A stretch of 64,000 bases of DNA from Candidatus Shapirobacteria bacterium (GTDB lineage Bacteria > Patescibacteriota > Microgenomatia > UBA12405 > BS750m-G30): NCBI GenBank assembly GCA_043817235.1, contig JBDRHA010000008.1, forward strand, positions 112 to 64,111. The letters run 5' to 3'. Numbering within the stretch: the stretch's first letter is position 1; each line of letters starts with the position of its first letter. The notes beneath the pieces were generated by a model. It did not search any database. It was not told the DNA's origin and was given only the letters and a program-made list of their open reading frames with translations. Shown in pieces: positions 17,261 to 27,687 of the stretch. Both the position numbers and the translations under genes were made by a program.

Positions 17261-20200
17261 TCAATTTTCAATATGCGCTTCCGAACGAAGTATATTATTA
17301 ATCGTAGCCAACAGCTCCTTTGTCTTGTTTATCCCGCCATTCGCTTTTATTTTTTTTCCGTTTGGAAAAGCCAACCAACATTCAAAACTTCCCGGATTAT
17401 TTTTAAGAAGAGTGTTCAGGCGAACTAGTCCTTTGCTGCTAAGACCGGTTGGAATTTCGATAACCAGCTGGGTTTCGTTTGCACTAAAATCAGCCGGATC
17501 ACTTACTGATTCGGCGACTAAAGACAATCTGTCTTCGTTGTTTAATCCTCTTCTTCTTTCCAGTCTTCCCTCAATCAAAACTACTCCATTTTGGAGCAAA
17601 ACTGCTCCGCTCTCTTGATAAATGCCAGGAAAAATCACTGCTTCCAATTGACCCAAGTCATCATTAATGGTAATAAAAGCCATTTCCTGTTGATTTTTCT
17701 TGGTTAAAATAGTTCGAATACTAATAATTGTTCCTATTACTCTAATCCTATTTCCAATCTGCTCCTCTAAATCATTAAGTCTGTGGCTCGCTAAATTCTT
17801 AAATTTTGCCATTTCTTTAGCGCTTGGGTCTTGAGAAAGAAAAAAACCAAAAAGCTGTTTTTCAAATTCCAAAACCTCCTGAATCGAGAACTCCTCTATC
17901 TTAGGCAATTCAACTTTTAAACTGCTATTTTTATTATCAGAGGCAAATAAGCTTGTCTGTCCATCCGCTTTTCTTTTTTCTTCGTCTTCAGCCGCTTGGC
18001 GAATTTTATCTAATGAAAAAAGAATAGCCGCTTTTTTTCCAAACTGATCTACTGCTCCCGCTTTTATCAAGCTTTCTAAAACCTTTTTGTTTATTTTTTG
18101 GGTACTTGTCCTTTGGCAAAAATCAGCTAAGCTAGAAAACTCTCCCCCTTCTTGACGAACCCTTAAAATCTCTTCAATTGCCGCTGCCCCCACATTTTTA
18201 ATTGCTGAAAAGCCAAAACGAATCGCAAGATTATCTAAAGAGTCGGAATCTTTTTCTAAAGTAAATCCAGTTTGAGAAAGATTGATATCCGGCGGAAGTA
18301 CTTTTATTTTCATTCTCCAGCATTCCTTGATCGCCATCGGAATTTTAACTTCTTTTGACTGCTGACCTCCAGAAGCCGCTTCCGCTGTAAGCAAGGCGGC
18401 CATAAATTGGACCGGGTATTTAACCTTCACCCAAGCTGTTTGATATGCGATCATGGCATAAGAAACCGAATGAGCCTTATTAAAGCCATAGCCAGCAAAC
18501 CTTTCAATCAAAGACCAAACATTATCAATTATTTTCACCGAATAACCTCTTTTTTTGGCTCTTTGAGAAAATCTCTCTTTTTCCTTTTTCATGAGGTCAA
18601 TCTTTTTTTTACCTATTGCTCTTCTTAAAACATCTCCTTCGCCCAAAGTATAACCGGCCATAATTTGAGGAATTTCCATCACTTGCTCTTGATAAACAGC
18701 AATCCCATAGGTTTCAGCTAAAATCGGTTCTAGATCCGGATGAGGATAATTAATCGCTCGGGGATTATTTTTACCATTGATAAATTCATCAATAAATTGC
18801 ATTGGACCAGGGCGATAAAGGGCAACCATAGCGGAAATATCTCCAAAGCGCTCCGGCTTAAGCTTTTTGGCCACTCTTCTCATTCCCTCGCTCTCGAGCT
18901 GAAAAACACCGGTAGTTTCGCCAGCAGAAAGCATTTGGTAAACTTGTTGATCATCAAGCGGTATTTCGGATATATCCACCTTTAGGCCCAAGGTTGCTTT
19001 GATAAAGTTTCGAGCCTTTTCCAGAATCGTTAAATTTCTTAATCCTAGAAAATCCATCTTTAAAAGACCGATAGCTTTGTCGGAAACATTAAGGTCAAGG
19101 GCATACATATCGTATTGGGTAGCCACACCTTCTCCTTTTTTCGTTTCTCTTTGCAAAGGCGTATAGTGAACCATCGGCTCATCAGAAATTACCACTCCCG
19201 CCGCATGAGTAGAGGCATGCCGAGCTACACCCACTAGCCTGGAAGCTAAATCCAAAACTCGCTTAACATCGGGCTCGCCCTCATATGCTTCTTTTAAGCT
19301 TGGGTTCTCCTCAATCGCTTTAGAAATAGAAATTTTCTTTCCCGGCCGCACCAAAATCATTTTCGCTACCCGATCACCGACCGAATAAGAAAAGCCTAGG
19401 GCTCGGGTCACATCCCGAATAGCCATTTTTGCTTCCATCGTGCCAAAAGTAACAATTTGAGCTACCCTGCTTTCACCATATTTTTGCCGCACATAGTCAA
19501 TAACTTCATCTCTGCGATCGTCAGGAAAATCTAAGTCAATGTCCGGCGTAGATTGTCTTTCTGGGTTTAAAAATCGCTCAAAAGGAAGTTTGTGAAAAAT
19601 AGAATCAACTGATGTAATCCGTAAAATATAGGCAACAACAGACCCTGCAACGCTGCCTCTACCCGGGCCAACTCTAATTCCTTTCTTTTTTGCCCAATTA
19701 ACAAAGTCCTGGACAATTAAAAAATATTCACTATAGCCCATTTTAATAATCAGCTGCAGCTCATATTCAATTCTCTTTTTTACTTCCTTTTCAAGCTTTG
19801 GATAGCGAAAACGGGCATTGTCCCAAACTAGTTTTCTTAAAAAAGATTCAGCTGTCTCTTCCTTAGAAAGAGGGAATCTCGGATAAACTTTTTGACCGAT
19901 AGGGATTTCCAGGTTGCATTTTTCGGCAACTTCTGCTGTATTTTTAATCGCGTCCGGATAAAGAGAAAATAAACTGCTCATCTCCTGCCCGCTTCTTACG
20001 TAAAAGTCCGGTGAATCAAGCATGGATAAGCGTCCTGGGGTATCAATTGTTTTTTGAGTTTGAATAGCCAAAAGGACATCCTGCGCCTGAGCATCATCGG
20101 GCTCAATGTAGTGATTATCGTTAGTGGCAATTATTGGAATTCCCAGTTCACGCGAAAGGGTAATAATGCCCTTGTTGGCAACCTCTTGGTCTTTTATTTG

Positions 20201-20749
20201 AGGGTGAGGCATTACTTCCAAGTAAAAATCAGAGCCAAAAATATCTAAAAATGTTTTTGCTTTTTCTTTTGCCTTGTCATATTTCTTTTGAACTATTAAA
20301 GACGGAATAATTCCCTGCAAGCAAGCACTGCTGGCTACCAAGCCCTTGGAATATTCTTGAAGCAAATCAAAATCAGCCCTAGGCTTATAATAAAAACCCT
20401 CCAGGTGAGATTTAGTAACAATTTCCATTAAATTCCGATAGCCTTCAAAGTCTTTGGCCAGCAAAACCAGGTGGGACTGATCGCTATCCAGACCGACTTG
20501 CTTATCAAAGCGCGACCTTTGGGCCATATAAATTTCGCAGCCGATAATTGGCTTTAATCCGGCTTCTATACATGCATTATAAAATTTAATTGCTCCATAC
20601 ATTACGCCGTGATCAGTTAAGGCAATCGCTTTCATTCCCATATCCTTAGCTTTGCTGACCATGGGAGCAATCTTTGATAAACCGTCTAATAAAGAATATT
20701 CACTATGATTATGAAGATGAACGAATTCAGTTTTCTTTTTTTTAGCCAT
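17261..20749 (-). CDS. dnaE: DNA polymerase III alpha subunit
   Basis: FVHLHNHSEYSLLDG, GPGRGS, PDIDLDF, YGFNKAH; no intein seen. Confidence 0.97.
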   Translation of the reverse strand: MAKKKKTEFVHLHNHSEYSLLDGLSKIAPMVSKAKDMGMKAIALTDHGVMYGAIKFYNACIEAGLKPIIGCEIYMAQRSRFDKQVGLDSDQSHLVLLAKDFEGYRNLMEIVTKSHLEGFYYKPRADFDLLQEYSKGLVASSACLQGIIPSLIVQKKYDKAKEKAKTFLDIFGSDFYLEVMPHPQIKDQEVANKGIITLSRELGIPIIATNDNHYIEPDDAQAQDVLLAIQTQKTIDTPGRLSMLDSPDFYVRSGQEMSSLFSLYPDAIKNTAEVAEKCNLEIPIGQKVYPRFPLSKEETAESFLRKLVWDNARFRYPKLEKEVKKRIEYELQLIIKMGYSEYFLIVQDFVNWAKKKGIRVGPGRGSVAGSVVAYILRITSVDSIFHKLPFERFLNPERQSTPDIDLDFPDDRRDEVIDYVRQKYGESRVAQIVTFGTMEAKMAIRDVTRALGFSYSVGDRVAKMILVRPGKKISISKAIEENPSLKEAYEGEPDVKRVLDLASRLVGVARHASTHAAGVVISDEPMVHYTPLQRETKKGEGVATQYDMYALDLNVSDKAIGLLKMDFLGLRNLTILEKARNFIKATLGLKVDISEIPLDDQQVYQMLSAGETTGVFQLESEGMRRVAKKLKPERFGDISAMVALYRPGPMQFIDEFINGKNNPRAINYPHPDLEPILAETYGIAVYQEQVMEIPQIMAGYTLGEGDVLRRAIGKKKIDLMKKEKERFSQRAKKRGYSVKIIDNVWSLIERFAGYGFNKAHSVSYAMIAYQTAWVKVKYPVQFMAALLTAEAASGGQQSKEVKIPMAIKECWRMKIKVLPPDINLSQTGFTLEKDSDSLDNLAIRFGFSAIKNVGAAAIEEILRVRQEGGEFSSLADFCQRTSTQKINKKVLESLIKAGAVDQFGKKAAILFSLDKIRQAAEDEEKRKADGQTSLFASDNKNSSLKVELPKIEEFSIQEVLEFEKQLFGFFLSQDPSAKEMAKFKNLASHRLNDLEEQIGNRIRVIGTIISIRTILTKKNQQEMAFITINDDLGQLEAVIFPGIYQESGAVLLQNGVVLIEGRLERRRGLNNEDRLSLVAESVSDPADFSANETQLVIEIPTGLSSKGLVRLNTLLKNNPGSFECWLAFPNGKKIKANGGINKTKELLATINNILRSEAHIEN

Positions 20750-22062
20750 TACTTTTTAAGTTTTTCTTCAATTGCTTTAGAAATAAGCTTAGGATCTGCT
20801 TTTCCTTTGGCTTTAATTCGCACTTGCCCAATTAAAAACCCAATTACCTGAGCTTTCCCTTTTTGATAATCGCCTACTGCTTTTGGATTTTCTTTTAAAG
20901 TTTGCTTAACCAAATTCTTAATCTCTTTTTTACTAAGAGTAAATTTGCTTTGATCTTCTATTATTTTTTTAATTAAGCTCAAGGCGCTCTCTTTTCGCAA
21001 AGAAGGATTATTAACCAAACACTTAGCAATCACTTGAGCGCTAACTTTATTTTTTTTGCCTAAAATTAACGCGCTCTTGAATAGGTTAATTAGTTTCTTT
21101 TTTTTCGTTAATAAAGCAATAGAATTTGGATCAAGTCCAAGTTTAAACAAATACACCTCCTGATCCCAAGGCAGTCCTGAAATTCCTTTTTTGATTTTAT
21201 CTATTTCTTGATCTTGAAAAGAAAAGGGAGGAATGTCTGGCTCGGGAAAATAGCGATAGTCTTTGGCTACTTCTTTGCTCCTTTGAGAATAAGTTATTCC
21301 TTTTTTCAAATTAAAGCCACGGGTTTCCTGTTTCGGCTTTTTCCCCTTTTCTAAAAGATTAATTTGCCTATTAATCTCATAATTAATTGCTTTCTGAACA
21401 AATTTAAAGGAGTTAAGATTCTTTATTTCAACTTTATAATCAGGAAGCTCTTTTGTCTTGGAAACAGAGATATTCACCTCCAGCCTCATTGAGCCTTTTT
21501 CCATATCGCAGTCTGAAACATCAAGCCAGCGCAAAGTCTGCTGAAGTCTTTGCAAATAAAGCTTTGCCTCTAGTGCGGAAGTTAAAACCGGCTGGCTGAC
21601 AATTTCTACTAAAGGAACACCGCTCCGGTTAAAATCAATTAAGGTTTCTTGATTCTGATGAATTAGTTTTCCGGTATCTTCTTCAAGATGAATATTATCC
21701 AGGGCAATTCTTTTTATCTTTTCTTTAGCCAAAATAGGCACTGCCCCGCCAATTCCGATTGGTTTAAAATGCTGGCTGATTTGATAGCCCTTAGGAAGAT
21801 CTGGATAAAAATAGTTTTTCCGGTCAAACCAAAAGTGATTATTGATCTGAGAGTCAAAAGCCAAGGCAATAAGAAGCGTTTTCTCGATTGCTTTAAGATT
21901 AGGCACCGGAAGAGCCCCGGGCAAGCCTAGGCAAACCGGGCAAGTATGAGTATTCGGCTTTTGGCCAAAGTGTTTAGAGCGACAATGACAAAACATTTTC
22001 GCTTTAGTATTTAATTCAACATGAACTTCAAGACCGATGGTTGGCCGCCAGAATGACTTCAT
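20749..22062 (-). CDS. gatB: Asp/Glu-tRNA amidotransferase subunit B
   Basis: IGLEVHVEL, RKNYFYPDLPKGYQISQ, YRYFPEPD. Confidence 0.95.
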   Translation of the reverse strand: MKSFWRPTIGLEVHVELNTKAKMFCHCRSKHFGQKPNTHTCPVCLGLPGALPVPNLKAIEKTLLIALAFDSQINNHFWFDRKNYFYPDLPKGYQISQHFKPIGIGGAVPILAKEKIKRIALDNIHLEEDTGKLIHQNQETLIDFNRSGVPLVEIVSQPVLTSALEAKLYLQRLQQTLRWLDVSDCDMEKGSMRLEVNISVSKTKELPDYKVEIKNLNSFKFVQKAINYEINRQINLLEKGKKPKQETRGFNLKKGITYSQRSKEVAKDYRYFPEPDIPPFSFQDQEIDKIKKGISGLPWDQEVYLFKLGLDPNSIALLTKKKKLINLFKSALILGKKNKVSAQVIAKCLVNNPSLRKESALSLIKKIIEDQSKFTLSKKEIKNLVKQTLKENPKAVGDYQKGKAQVIGFLIGQVRIKAKGKADPKLISKAIEEKLKK

Positions 22063-23269
22063 TTCCTCTTTTCAAAACAAAATAACCAATAATAAGCAAA
22101 CTAATTCCAATTACCGTCAAAAAACCCTTTACTGTCAGCAATTCGGAAATCATACCCGCAAAAATACCCGGCGGAATAGTTACTAAAGCGATTAAAAAGC
22201 TTAGGGTGCCAAATACTCTTCCCCGTTTTTCCCCAGGTGACTCTTCCTGAATAAAAGAGCGGATGGGAGCGTAAATAAAAGAAACCGATAAGCCAGCTAA
22301 AAAAGAAAGAGGTAAAGAAACAAGAGGCTGATTAGTTTTTAGCCGAGAAACAATAATAGAAAAGACCAGTATAATCAACCCTAAAGCAAGAAGCCCAAAG
22401 CCAATCCATTCCTTTTTCCGGTATCTATTCTGGCTTCCGGTAAGCAGGTAAGTGCCAAATAAAACTCCGCAAAGAACGGGTAAAACAACAATCCAGCTGG
22501 CGTCGTAAGGACCCAGGTGAAGGACTTGGCTGGAAAAACCGGGCAATATCAGCGCAAAAACAACTACAATTACCTGAAAAAGCAGGAGCAAACCAAAGCT
22601 ATAAATCATTAGCAGGTTATTGGCCAAAAACACATAGCCTTCTTTTATTTTAAGAAGAAAGTCATCAACCGCCTCCCGCCACCTTGGAAAACTGTTAGCG
22701 GGAATATCCGCAGGTAATAATCCGGCAAAAGTTGCCGCTAATAAAGTTAAAATTGCCGTCAAAAAGATTACAGCCAAGGGTGATAAAAAACTGGCCACCA
22801 GTCCGCTTAATATTGAACCGGAAACCAACGCACCCTGGTCGGCAAAAAAGAAAAGATTATTTACCAAAACAAAATCTTTTTTAGCTAAATAAGTAGGAAT
22901 TGACGCTTGCTCAGCCGGATCATTAAACTGATTAATAATTGAATAAACAAAAACAAGGGCATAAATTAAAAAATTTTTAGTGCCCAAAAAAGTTAAGCCA
23001 TAGCCAATAATTACTATTACCTGAAGGAGATTGGCAATGACTAAAATTTTTCTTTTGCTTAAGCTATCTACGGCCGCTCCGGAAAAAGGACCTAGAAACA
23101 GCAAGGGCAGAGCATAAATTGCCCAAAGCACGCCTAAAGCGACAGTCGATCCGGTAACTTCAAAAACACGGCCTAAGAGCACAAACAGGAGCAGATAATT
23201 GGCCAGCTGGGAACAGCTGTGACTTAGAGCTAAATTACGCAATTTTTTATTTTGAAATATTTTTTTCAT
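22028..23269 (-). CDS. MFS transporter
   Basis: About 12 TM segments, GAAVDSLSKR motif A. Confidence 0.85.
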   Translation of the reverse strand: MKKIFQNKKLRNLALSHSCSQLANYLLLFVLLGRVFEVTGSTVALGVLWAIYALPLLFLGPFSGAAVDSLSKRKILVIANLLQVIVIIGYGLTFLGTKNFLIYALVFVYSIINQFNDPAEQASIPTYLAKKDFVLVNNLFFFADQGALVSGSILSGLVASFLSPLAVIFLTAILTLLAATFAGLLPADIPANSFPRWREAVDDFLLKIKEGYVFLANNLLMIYSFGLLLLFQVIVVVFALILPGFSSQVLHLGPYDASWIVVLPVLCGVLFGTYLLTGSQNRYRKKEWIGFGLLALGLIILVFSIIVSRLKTNQPLVSLPLSFLAGLSVSFIYAPIRSFIQEESPGEKRGRVFGTLSFLIALVTIPPGIFAGMISELLTVKGFLTVIGISLLIIGYFVLKRGNEVILAANHRS

Positions 23270-24659
23270 AAAGGTACGCGACCTTAAGCATTATATCTTC
23301 TCTGAATTGCGGTGCAATAATTTGCAACCCAACCGGAAGCTTGTTTGCCCACCCAACATTAATACTTATTCCCGGCAACCCGGCCAAGGCGCTTGCCTCA
23401 ACCAGGATATCCTGCATCTCCCCAAAAAGCGGATTTTTAGCCGCCTCCCCAATTTTTAGGGCTGTGCTCGGCGAAGTTGGAGCGATAAGCAAGTCCACCT
23501 TTTTAAAAACCCGTTCAAAGTCTTTTAAAATAAGCTGCCGGGCTTTTTGGGCATAGCGATAATAGCGGTCATAGTAGCCGGCAGAAAGAACATGGCTGCC
23601 CACAAGAATCCTTCTTTTGGCCTCTTGCCCAAAATACTTCCGGCTTTTACCAAACCGAATGCCATCGTAGCGGGCTAAATTTGAAGAAACCTCCGCGCGC
23701 ATGATAATTGTGTAAACAGTCATCGCTAACCGCGGGTCAAGCAAGGAAACTTCTTTGACTTTAAATCCTGCTTTCTTAAAATTATTAATGGCCTCTTTTA
23801 TTACCAGTATTATTTTTTTATCCATTTCTGGTAAAAAATAATTGCGAGGCACTCCCAATACTAGCTCTTTTGGGCTGCCCTTTAAATTTTTCCGAAAATC
23901 AAAATAAGGGAAATCCGCGCTGGTAGCATCTTTTTGGTCCTTACCGGATAAAACATTTAATATTAAAGCCGCATCTTCAGCTGTTTTTGTTAAGGGGCCG
24001 GGAGAATCGGTAGAAGAAGCCATCGCCATTAAGCCCCAGCGGCTAACTCGTCCATAGCTCGGCTTTAAACCAACCACTCCGCACCAGGCCGCCGGCTGGC
24101 GAATAGAGCCAGCCGTTTCCGAACCAATCGCGGCCAAAACTTGATGGCTGGCTACCGCCGCCGCACTTCCACCGGAAGAGCCGCCGGGAGCTCGCTGCAG
24201 GTCATGTGGGTTTCTGGTAGCAAAAAAGTCTGAAGTTTCAGTAGAAGAGCCATGGGCCCAAGCATCCATATTTGTTTTTCCCAAAATAATACCGCCGGCA
24301 TTTTCAATCCTTTCCACTACAGTAGCGCTATAAGGAGGAACGTAATCACTTAAAACATTGGAACTTGCGGTTGTTTTTTTGCCTTTCGTGCAAAAATTAT
24401 CTTTAACGGCCAAGGGTATCCCCAAAAGAGGTTTTCGTATATAAATATTTTTATCTTTTTTTATTAATCTATCCTGTTTATCAGCTAACTCAAGTGATTC
24501 TTTTTCCCAAACTGAGATAAACGACTTAATTTTTTGATCAGTTTTTTTTATCTGAGCTAAGCAAGCCTTAACCAAATCGAAACAGCTAAATAGGCCCTCT
24601 CTTAAACTTTCGGAAGCCTCTTTAACGGTTAACTCATTTAGGCTTTTAGCATTGGTCAC
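23247..24659 (-). CDS. gatA: Asp/Glu-tRNA amidotransferase subunit A
   Basis: PGGSSGGSAAAV, GSIRQPA, SSNLARYDG. Confidence 0.95.
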   Translation of the reverse strand: MTNAKSLNELTVKEASESLREGLFSCFDLVKACLAQIKKTDQKIKSFISVWEKESLELADKQDRLIKKDKNIYIRKPLLGIPLAVKDNFCTKGKKTTASSNVLSDYVPPYSATVVERIENAGGIILGKTNMDAWAHGSSTETSDFFATRNPHDLQRAPGGSSGGSAAAVASHQVLAAIGSETAGSIRQPAAWCGVVGLKPSYGRVSRWGLMAMASSTDSPGPLTKTAEDAALILNVLSGKDQKDATSADFPYFDFRKNLKGSPKELVLGVPRNYFLPEMDKKIILVIKEAINNFKKAGFKVKEVSLLDPRLAMTVYTIIMRAEVSSNLARYDGIRFGKSRKYFGQEAKRRILVGSHVLSAGYYDRYYRYAQKARQLILKDFERVFKKVDLLIAPTSPSTALKIGEAAKNPLFGEMQDILVEASALAGLPGISINVGWANKLPVGLQIIAPQFREDIMLKVAYLYEKNISK

Positions 24660-24662
24660 TTT

Positions 24663-24953
24663 TTATTCCCATTTTATTCTTGATGTTAAAAAGTATCCGT
24701 TTTTCTTTTTTGGAGCAGAGGCCAATGCTTGCTCTTGCATTAATCCCTCTTTAAGTATGTCTTCGTGATAAATATTTTCTAATCTAGTTACCTGAAAAAG
24801 AGGCCTTGTTTTGTCCACTTTTATTTTTTTAATAGCTTCCACCTGGTCAAGAGAATCAGCAATTTGCTTTTTGAAGATTTTTCTTTCTTCTTTAGATAAA
24901 GGCAAATTCCCCAGCTTTGCCAGGTAATCAATATTTATATCTTTTTTTTTCAT
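24663..24953 (-). CDS. gatC: Asp/Glu-tRNA amidotransferase subunit C
   Basis: 96 aa, directly upstream of gatA, ALASAP...GYF. Confidence 0.85.
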   Translation of the reverse strand: MKKKDINIDYLAKLGNLPLSKEERKIFKKQIADSLDQVEAIKKIKVDKTRPLFQVTRLENIYHEDILKEGLMQEQALASAPKKKNGYFLTSRIKWE

Positions 24954-24964
24954 CTTAAAATCAT

Positions 24965-25759
24965 TTAAATTAATTTTTGCTGATGGCTCTTTTTGCTTTC
25001 ATTGCTGACTTCTTCTTTCTTGATATATTCTCGGTAAAGACAGTATTCGCAAGTATTGCCCCGAGAAGGAATACTCTCCCCTTCAAGGCAATCTTTAATT
25101 TTATTAATCGCTCCTTTTACCCAGGTATCATCACCTGCATGGCTGACCAAAGAGAGCTCAAACTCCAGCAAACCATCAAATTTAGACTTATTCCTGCCGG
25201 CATTAGCAAAAACAAAATAAGCCATATTGCTCACCTTAAACCCAAGGCGGCGAAATATCCATTGATAAATCTCCGCTTGTCTTTTGTACCCCTGCTTGTA
25301 TTCATCGTCAAGAGAAATTTCTTTATTAGTACTCGTCGACTTGTAGTCAACTACCAGAAGCTGTCCTTGTTTATTTACCCACAAGTCATCTATAATTCCA
25401 CAAATTTCCAGGTTCGTCCCCTGATCTAAAACCCTTGCCCCGGTAAAAGCAAACATATCGTCTCTCCATACAGGTAAATCCGGATGATTAAAAGGTATTG
25501 CCTGCACACTGTATTTTTTCATAAGCATATGGGCTTCGCCTTTTTTCCTTAATAAATCAAATTCGTTTTTCAGCAAAGAATCTACAGCCGAATTTAGGGT
25601 AAAAGCGGGCATGCTTGGGCGAGAAAGACCAAGTCGCCGATCCAGATAAAAACAGCGCGGACATTCTATAAATAGGTCTATCTTCGAGCGACTGATGCGA
25701 AAAGTATTTTTTGACCCTGGCACATACAAATTACTTTGTCTTTTTTGATATACACGCAT
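24965..25759 (-). CDS. PD-(D/E)XK RecB/Cas4-like nuclease
   Basis: ECPRCFY, GIIDDL, VVDYKST, QAEIY, CEYC. Confidence 0.85.
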   Translation of the reverse strand: MRVYQKRQSNLYVPGSKNTFRISRSKIDLFIECPRCFYLDRRLGLSRPSMPAFTLNSAVDSLLKNEFDLLRKKGEAHMLMKKYSVQAIPFNHPDLPVWRDDMFAFTGARVLDQGTNLEICGIIDDLWVNKQGQLLVVDYKSTSTNKEISLDDEYKQGYKRQAEIYQWIFRRLGFKVSNMAYFVFANAGRNKSKFDGLLEFELSLVSHAGDDTWVKGAINKIKDCLEGESIPSRGNTCEYCLYREYIKKEEVSNESKKSHQQKLI

Positions 25760-25763
25760 TAGT

Positions 25764-26177
25764 CTAGTTTATCACATAACAGCTCCTTATTTGATAAAGA
25801 AAATACAACCCAACACCGGTAAATATCAAGCTAAACAAAGACAATGAAAACAGACTAGCGAAAATTCCCACCAATCCAGAATAATAAAGCAGCTGCCAGC
25901 CTTTTCTGGTTTTGCTAAAAAGCCCGGGAAGAGCAATAGCTTCTAAAACTACTTGGCTAGCACCAAGCAGAAAAAACACAATCCCCGCCAAAGAAGAGGG
26001 AATTAATCCTGATATTAGCGAGCTAAAAATTCCGGGAATACTAAGAACAACAAAAAAAAGAATAATCCAGGCCAGATACTTCACGATTCCCTGACGAAAT
26101 TTTATAGATAGCTGAGGCGCTTTTTTTAAAAATAAATCATTGAAAAAGTTATCAAGTTTTTTTAACCAAATTTCCAA
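25764..26177 (-). CDS. Small membrane protein
   Basis: Hydrophobic; SD GGAGGTG upstream of TTG start. Confidence 0.65.
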   Translation of the reverse strand: MEIWLKKLDNFFNDLFLKKAPQLSIKFRQGIVKYLAWIILFFVVLSIPGIFSSLISGLIPSSLAGIVFFLLGASQVVLEAIALPGLFSKTRKGWQLLYYSGLVGIFASLFSLSLFSLIFTGVGLYFLYQIRSCYVIN

Positions 26178-26199
26178 CTTATTCTCACCTCCTTTAAGG

Positions 26200-27102
26200 T
26201 TAAATCATTTTCTTTAACTCGTTAATTCTATCATCCAGGGGCGGATGGGTGGAAAACAAGGTGGCCAATCGAGCCAAGGCGCTTGTTTTTGCACCAAAGG
26301 GGTTGACGATAAACAAATGAGCTGTAGCTGCATGAGCAGTTTTCAAGGATTGGGTTTGAAATTTTAGTTTTTTCAATGCAGAAATAAGTCCCCGGGGCTG
26401 TCGGGTTAATTTTGCCGCCTGGGCATCGGCCAAATACTCGCGCGATCGGGAAAGAGCCAGCTGAATTAGTTTACCGGCTAAAGGGGTTAAAATCAATCCT
26501 AAAAAACCAACTATCATAACTAAAGGGTTGCTTCTCTTGTCTTCTTTTGAAGATAAAGAGCTTGTGCGTAAAATCCAGTCGCTTAGCAAAGTAATAGTTC
26601 CCACCAAAACAGCCACAATAGTCATCAATCGAATATCATAGTCTAGAATATGAGAAAACTCATGAGCAACTACTCCTTCCAGCTCGGTTCTGTCTAAATT
26701 TTTAAGCAAACCGGTTGTGGCGCAAATTATAGCGTGATCTGGATCTCTTCCGGTCGCAAAAGCGTTCATATTGCCACTCTTTATCACATACAGGCTGGGC
26801 ATAGGAATTTGGGAGGCAATGCTTAGATTTTGGGCAACAGTGTAAAAGTCAAAATAATCCTCCTTTTTGGCTTTTTCTGCTCCGGATAGGGCTAAAACAA
26901 TTTTATCTCCCCACCAATAACTGCTAAAAGCCGACAACAAAGATAATGCTACTGCTGCACCAATTAGACTCATTTCTGTTTGTAGAATCTGGCCCAAGCC
27001 TAAGAAAAAAAGACTAAGAAAAGTTACAAATAAAAGCATTACCAGATAAGAGCGCCTTTTATTTCGCTCTACCTGCTCGTAAACATTCAAAATATTTTTC
27101 AT
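26200..27102 (-). CDS. htpX: Membrane zinc protease HtpX (M48)
   Basis: NAFATG, AHEFSH, SREYLAD, STHP. Confidence 0.92.
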   Translation of the reverse strand: MKNILNVYEQVERNKRRSYLVMLLFVTFLSLFFLGLGQILQTEMSLIGAAVALSLLSAFSSYWWGDKIVLALSGAEKAKKEDYFDFYTVAQNLSIASQIPMPSLYVIKSGNMNAFATGRDPDHAIICATTGLLKNLDRTELEGVVAHEFSHILDYDIRLMTIVAVLVGTITLLSDWILRTSSLSSKEDKRSNPLVMIVGFLGLILTPLAGKLIQLALSRSREYLADAQAAKLTRQPRGLISALKKLKFQTQSLKTAHAATAHLFIVNPFGAKTSALARLATLFSTHPPLDDRINELKKMI

Positions 27103-27114
27103 CTTTTGAAAGTA

Positions 27115-27687
27115 TTATATTTTAGGCGTTTTTAAATCTTCGGAGCTTACACTAATATGCGAACCGTCAAGAGGCGTAGAAAGTCCTTTCTCTTGTTTAA
27201 ATCCAAATATTTTAGCTATAAAATTACTAGGGACAGTAAGCACTTGTCGATTATAATCAGCTGATAAGTCAATTAAGGTTCGGCGAGCGTACATGATCTT
27301 ATCCGAAGTATCAGTTAGATTATCCATAAGCTTAACTATTGTGCCGGCGGCTTTTAGCTCGGGGTTGCTTTCAACCACTACCCTGACAGATCCTAAGGCT
27401 TTTTGCAAGGTTTCCTGAGCTTTAAAAATCTTTTTTGCTTCTCCGGATTCAGCCGCTTGATTTATTAAAGTTCGGGCATTGGCAATTGTTTTTAAAATTT
27501 CTTTTTCATGCTGAAGATATTTATCCGCCGCTTTGGCTAAATTAGGAATTAGCTCCGCCTGCCTTTTTAGCTGGTTGCCAATTTCTTGGATAGACGCCTT
27601 AATCCTGGTTTTAAGGGTAATAAAACGGTTATAGGTGCCAAAAACGTAGAAAATAACTACTGCTAAAATTATTAGTCCTATTATCAT
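27115..27687 (-). CDS. lemA: LemA family protein
   Basis: QLKRQAELIPNL, PELKA, PSNFIA; upstream of htpX. Confidence 0.9.
   Translation of the reverse strand: MIIGLIILAVVIFYVFGTYNRFITLKTRIKASIQEIGNQLKRQAELIPNLAKAADKYLQHEKEILKTIANARTLINQAAESGEAKKIFKAQETLQKALGSVRVVVESNPELKAAGTIVKLMDNLTDTSDKIMYARRTLIDLSADYNRQVLTVPSNFIAKIFGFKQEKGLSTPLDGSHISVSSEDLKTPKI

Noticed and set aside
17261-17263. Alternative genetic code (TGA = Gly or Trp) suggested by several in-frame TGAs
   Set aside because: Core genes such as dnaE and ppsA end in TGA at the expected positions and have no internal TGA; in-frame TGAs are confined to decaying accessory genes
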